Shown here: in pieces, positions 60,465 through 64,000 of the stretch | Layout of the letters: each line of letters opens with the position of its first letter | How positions within the stretch are numbered: the stretch's first letter is position 1 | NCBI GenBank assembly: GCA_009937575.1 | Contig: JAACFI010000005.1 | Location: forward strand, 140 to 64,139 | Direction: 5' to 3' | Origin: Haliea sp. | GTDB taxonomy: Bacteria > Pseudomonadota > Gammaproteobacteria > Pseudomonadales > Halieaceae | Length of the DNA stretch: 64,000 bases | Notes under the pieces: generated by a model | The model's input: only the letters and a program-made list of their open reading frames with translations | Database searches by the model: none | What the model was told of the DNA's origin: nothing | Made by a program: the position numbers and the translations under genes

Positions 60465-61481
60465 ATGCCTGATCCACACGCTGTCGCCGTTCTCGGCGGC
60501 GGCAGCTTCGGTACGGTCATAGCCAATATCATCGCTGGCAACGGCAACCGGGTGAGCCTGTGGCTGCGCAATGAGGAGCGCGCAAACTCGATAAATCTGC
60601 ACCGGCAGAACCTGGAGTACCTCCCCGACTACCTGCTGGACGACAAACTGTGGGCCACGACTGCACTGGAGCAGGCGGTGGCGGGAGTGGATATCGTGCT
60701 GGTCGCGGTACCCAGTAAATCCTTTCGCGAGGTGGTGCGAGATGTCTCCGGGCTGGTATCCACCGACACCCTGCTGATCAGCCTGACCAAGGGCATCGAG
60801 GCGAGTGGTTTTCGCCTGATGAGCGAGATTCTGCAGGAGGAGATGCCGGATAATCCCCGCGGGGTGCTCAGCGGGCCCAACCTGGCCCGGGAAATCGCCG
60901 CCGGGCAGGTGGCCGGCTCGGTGATTGCCAGCGACGGGCCGGCGGTGAACAGCACCATCCACGATCTATTGCACAGCGACTCCTTCCTCGTCTACAGCTC
61001 CCACGATATGTACGGGGTGGAATTGGGCGGGGCCCTGAAAAATGTCTACGCAATCCTCGCCGGGGTCGCTGCTGCACTGGAGCTGGGTGAGAATACCGTG
61101 GGCATGCTGCTCACCCGTTCCCTGGCGGAAATGTCGCGCTTCGCGGTGCATATGGGCGCCAACCCCATGACCTTCCTGGGGCTCGCGGGGGTGGGGGATC
61201 TGTTCGTCACCTGCTCCTCGTCCCTGTCTCGCAACTACCGCGTGGGGGTGGCCCTGGGCAAAGGCCAGCCTCTGGACGATATCCTGGCGGCCATGGACCA
61301 GGTTGCCGAAGGTATCAATACCCTAAGCCTGCTCAAGGCCGAGGCGGATCGCCGGGAGGTGCACATGCCACTGGTGACAGGGCTGTACGCCATTCTCTAT
61401 GAACACCGTCCGGTGGTCGATGTATTCGATGATATGATGCATACCGAGCAGGCACAGGACGTCGAGTTCGTAACGAGTTGA
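60465..61481 (+). CDS. gpsA: NAD(P)H-dependent glycerol-3-phosphate dehydrogenase
   Basis: VLGGGSFGT Rossmann motif, GGALKNVYAILAG. Confidence 0.92.
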   Translation: MPDPHAVAVLGGGSFGTVIANIIAGNGNRVSLWLRNEERANSINLHRQNLEYLPDYLLDDKLWATTALEQAVAGVDIVLVAVPSKSFREVVRDVSGLVSTDTLLISLTKGIEASGFRLMSEILQEEMPDNPRGVLSGPNLAREIAAGQVAGSVIASDGPAVNSTIHDLLHSDSFLVYSSHDMYGVELGGALKNVYAILAGVAAALELGENTVGMLLTRSLAEMSRFAVHMGANPMTFLGLAGVGDLFVTCSSSLSRNYRVGVALGKGQPLDDILAAMDQVAEGINTLSLLKAEADRREVHMPLVTGLYAILYEHRPVVDVFDDMMHTEQAQDVEFVTS

Positions 61482-61487
61482 AGTAAT

Positions 61488-61991
61488 GTGATTGTAACTA
61501 TCTGGCGACATGGACAGGCCGGGAGTGCGGCGACTGATCGCGAGCGGCAACTGACGGGAACAGGCACCGATGACGTGGGGTTTGGCTGCCAGCAGTTTCA
61601 CGAGGTATGTTCGGAGCGCGGGCTGCCGCACCCGGAGCAGGTGCTCCACAGCACCTGGGTGCGCACCACCCAGACTGCGGACATCATCGCCTCCGCTTTC
61701 ACCCACGCGGTCATGCGGCCATCCACGGCGTTGATACCGGGGAGCAGCCCGGCTGACGTCGATGCTGCACTGGACGAGCTGCTGTCCAATACGGCGTGTC
61801 CTGCCCACCTGGTGCTGGTATCACACCAGCCGCTGGTGTCGCGCCTGGCAGATCACTATCTGGGAGAATACGGGAAGGTGCCGTCCCTGTCCCCCGGTGC
61901 CCTGGTGACCCTCGAACTGGGGGTCGCCGCGGCAGGCTTCGGGCAGTTATTGTTCTGGGCCCTGCCTCCCGGTTACGAGGCCCATGTATGA
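61488..61991 (+). CDS. sixA: Phosphohistidine phosphatase SixA
   Basis: (M)IVTIWRHGQAG with the RHG motif of the histidine phosphatase superfamily; about 167 aa. GTG start 6 nt after gpsA. Confidence 0.8.
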   Translation: MIVTIWRHGQAGSAATDRERQLTGTGTDDVGFGCQQFHEVCSERGLPHPEQVLHSTWVRTTQTADIIASAFTHAVMRPSTALIPGSSPADVDAALDELLSNTACPAHLVLVSHQPLVSRLADHYLGEYGKVPSLSPGALVTLELGVAAAGFGQLLFWALPPGYEAHV

Positions 61992-62845
61992 CGCCGGGTT
62001 CGGCAACCAGCATGAGTTGGGACGTCCACGGCCTGACATTGACGGGACTGTCCTGGGGCGACCCGGCGGCAACACCGGTACTGTGCCTGCATGGCTGGAT
62101 GGACAACGCCGCCAGCTTTGCCGTATTGGGCCCGCTGCTGGAGGATTACTATGTGGTAGCGCCGGACCTCACCGGGCACGGACAGAGCGACCGGCGCTCG
62201 GCGGATGCCACCTACCAGATATGGGACGACCTGCCGGAAGTCCTGGGTATTGTCGAGGCCCTTGGCTGGGATCAATTCAACCTGGTCGGGCACTCCCGCG
62301 GTGCGATCATCGCCAGCCTGTTCGCCGCGACATTTCCGGAGAGAGTGAAACACCTGGTGATGCTGGATGCGGTGGGCCCCCAACCGGTGGCGGAAGATCG
62401 GTTTCCGGAGCAGATGCGTAAATTCCTGGAGGACAAGGGTCGCTTGCTGGCGCGCGATAACCGGGTTTTTCCCTCGGTTGAGGCGGCTGTGGCCTCCCGG
62501 GAGACCGCCGGCCTGTCCGCTGCGGCCGCCCGGCTGATTGCAGAGCGTAATCTCAGCCCCTGCGAGGGTGGTTGTACCTGGACCATGGATCCCCGCCTGC
62601 AGGGCGCCTCTGCGGTCAAGTTGACTGCCGGGCAGGTGAACGCAACACTGGGCGCCCTGGTGATGCCCACCCTGTTATTGCTCGCCCGGGAAGGGCTGGG
62701 TGGTCGCCACAGTGAACTGGAGTCCATGGCCAGGCAATCGATTCCCGGATTGCAACTGGACAATGTTCCCGGCGGCCACCATTTTCATATGGAAAGCAGT
62801 GCAGGGGCGGTGGCGGCCAGGGTGAAGGAGTTTATGCAGACATGA
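61988..62845 (+). CDS. Alpha/beta-fold hydrolase
   Basis: LCLHGWMDNAASF (oxyanion HG), nucleophile elbow GHSRG, C-terminal GGHHFHME (His). ATG 61988 overlaps the sixA stop (ATGA). The ORF-track upstream extension lies inside sixA. Confidence 0.8.
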   Translation: MTPGSATSMSWDVHGLTLTGLSWGDPAATPVLCLHGWMDNAASFAVLGPLLEDYYVVAPDLTGHGQSDRRSADATYQIWDDLPEVLGIVEALGWDQFNLVGHSRGAIIASLFAATFPERVKHLVMLDAVGPQPVAEDRFPEQMRKFLEDKGRLLARDNRVFPSVEAAVASRETAGLSAAAARLIAERNLSPCEGGCTWTMDPRLQGASAVKLTAGQVNATLGALVMPTLLLLAREGLGGRHSELESMARQSIPGLQLDNVPGGHHFHMESSAGAVAARVKEFMQT

Positions 62846-63414
62846 GCAAGTTGATGGCAGCCGTGTTTGTCCCGCTGGGTCTGCTGGCGATCGCCCTGCT
62901 GGCCCTGGCGCAGGATGACGAACCTCCCGCTGCCGCGGACGGCCCGCTACAGTTGTTGCAGCGCCTCGACGATTATCCCCACGCGGCGCCGGCGGCCTTC
63001 AGCGAAGGGGAGGTCATCGACCACGAGGTGGGCCTGGGGGCGATCAAGAAAGTACGCGGGGTGTGGCAGTTCAAGGACAGCGAGCGCCTCAGTGGCACCC
63101 TGACCCGCTATACCTGGCAGATTATCGATGGATTCACCTCCCTGGAGGTCATGCAGGAACTGGTCGCGCAGCTCCAGCAGGGTGAAGGTATCGAGCTGTT
63201 ATTCGAGTGCCAGGGCAGGGCCTGTGGCCACGGGTCCCAGTGGGCCAACCGTGTGTTCCGTCAGCGCGTGCTGTACGGTAGAGAGGACCTGCAACAGTAC
63301 GCGGTGTACAGTCTGGATAGGGGGCGCTACCGGATGGTGATTTACAGCTCTGCGCGCACCGCCGATCGACAGTACCTTCACGTGGACCTGCTGGCGATAA
63401 GCGAGACGGACTAG
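62842..63414 (+). CDS. Secreted protein of unknown function (I recall similar proteins being labelled DUF4892; not verifiable here)
   Basis: Signal peptide [23 protein letters not shown]. Conserved-looking core ...[21 protein letters not shown]... ATGA overlap with the hydrolase stop. Confidence 0.6.
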   Translation: MSKLMAAVFVPLGLLAIALLALAQDDEPPAAADGPLQLLQRLDDYPHAAPAAFSEGEVIDHEVGLGAIKKVRGVWQFKDSERLSGTLTRYTWQIIDGFTSLEVMQELVAQLQQGEGIELLFECQGRACGHGSQWANRVFRQRVLYGREDLQQYAVYSLDRGRYRMVIYSSARTADRQYLHVDLLAISETD

Positions 63415-63959
63415 GGCCGCATCTGCAGCAGCGAGAGAAATTCGTCCCGGGTTTTCTGCGAACTGCGGAAAGTACCCAGCATGGCGGAAGTCTTCATCAC
63501 CGAGTTCTGCTTTTCCACACCACGCATCATCATGCACATATGCTGGGCCTCGATGATCACGCCCACGCCCTCGGCTTCAGTCACCTCCATGATGGTCTCC
63601 GCGATCTGGGTGGTGAGGGCCTCCTGGATCTGCAACCTGCGGGCGAACACGTCCACCAGTCGCGCCACCTTGGAGAGGCCGATTACCTTGCCGGTGGGAA
63701 TATAGGCCACGTGGCACTTGCCGATAAAGGGCAGCAGGTGGTGTTCGCACAGAGAGTACAGTTCCACGTCCTGTACCAGGATCATCTCGCTGGAGTCGGA
63801 GGGGAACAGGGCTTCGTTCACCACATCCTCCACTGCCTGGCCGTAGCCGCGGGTGAGGAATTCAAAAGCCTTGGCGGCACGCTTCGGTGTGTCGGCGAGC
63901 CCGGGACGCTGCAGGTCCTCGCCGATAGCTTCTATGATTTTCGCCCAGTGCTGTTCCAC
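63411..63959 (-). CDS. folE: GTP cyclohydrolase I
   Basis: [28 protein letters not shown], 182 aa. Confidence 0.94.
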   Translation of the reverse strand: MEQHWAKIIEAIGEDLQRPGLADTPKRAAKAFEFLTRGYGQAVEDVVNEALFPSDSSEMILVQDVELYSLCEHHLLPFIGKCHVAYIPTGKVIGLSKVARLVDVFARRLQIQEALTTQIAETIMEVTEAEGVGVIIEAQHMCMMMRGVEKQNSVMKTSAMLGTFRSSQKTRDEFLSLLQMRP

Positions 63960-64000
63960 AGGTTTTCTCCGTATTTTTTTCGAAGTGCGGGCCCTGGACC

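Overview
High-GC chromosomal segment, almost certainly from a gammaproteobacterium. The evidence is gene order (gltA divergent from sdhCDAB-sucAB-lpd-sucCD; smc-zipA-ligA) and a tRNA-Glu(UUC) nearly identical, from memory, to the enterobacterial one. A marine Cellvibrionales/Microbulbifer-like origin is only a guess. The window is overwhelmingly core metabolism and is densely packed, with many ATGA/TGATG start-stop overlaps. In order it contains: a TonB-dependent receptor, a Kv-type K+ channel, bioA, tesA/ybbA/ybbP, mdh coupled to a TetR gene, ttcA, a complete ccmABCDEFGHI cytochrome c maturation operon, smc-zipA-ligA plus an SLT-like lipoprotein, a three-gene 2-oxoacid:acceptor oxidoreductase cluster (GltD/ferredoxin-like flavoprotein + KorA + KorB), a contiguous Pho block (phoB-phoR-phoU-pstSCAB), a Pho-box porin, tRNA-Glu, hisC, a KAS III homologue, the TCA supercluster, a large secreted metzincin with FN3 domains, htpG behind a textbook sigma32 promoter, gpsA-sixA-hydrolase-secreted protein, and folE. 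I saw no CRISPR array, transposase, integrase, phage genes or recognisable defence system. The only accessory-looking stretch is about 38.07-38.96 kb. It holds three things. (i) pstB carries a clean 16-codon in-frame deletion. (ii) A second phoU downstream of pstB is reduced to an N-terminal plus C-terminal stub with a frameshift. (iii) An AT-rich islet encodes an orphan ribbon-helix-helix protein, divergent from a Shine-Dalgarno-preceded 41-codon ORF for a C-terminally anchored small protein, with two copies of the palindrome GTATATAC between them. That islet and the paired pstB/phoU lesions are the best candidates for something undescribed. All functional readings are inference from sequence alone. 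The long ORFs antisense to the real genes are GC-driven shadow ORFs.
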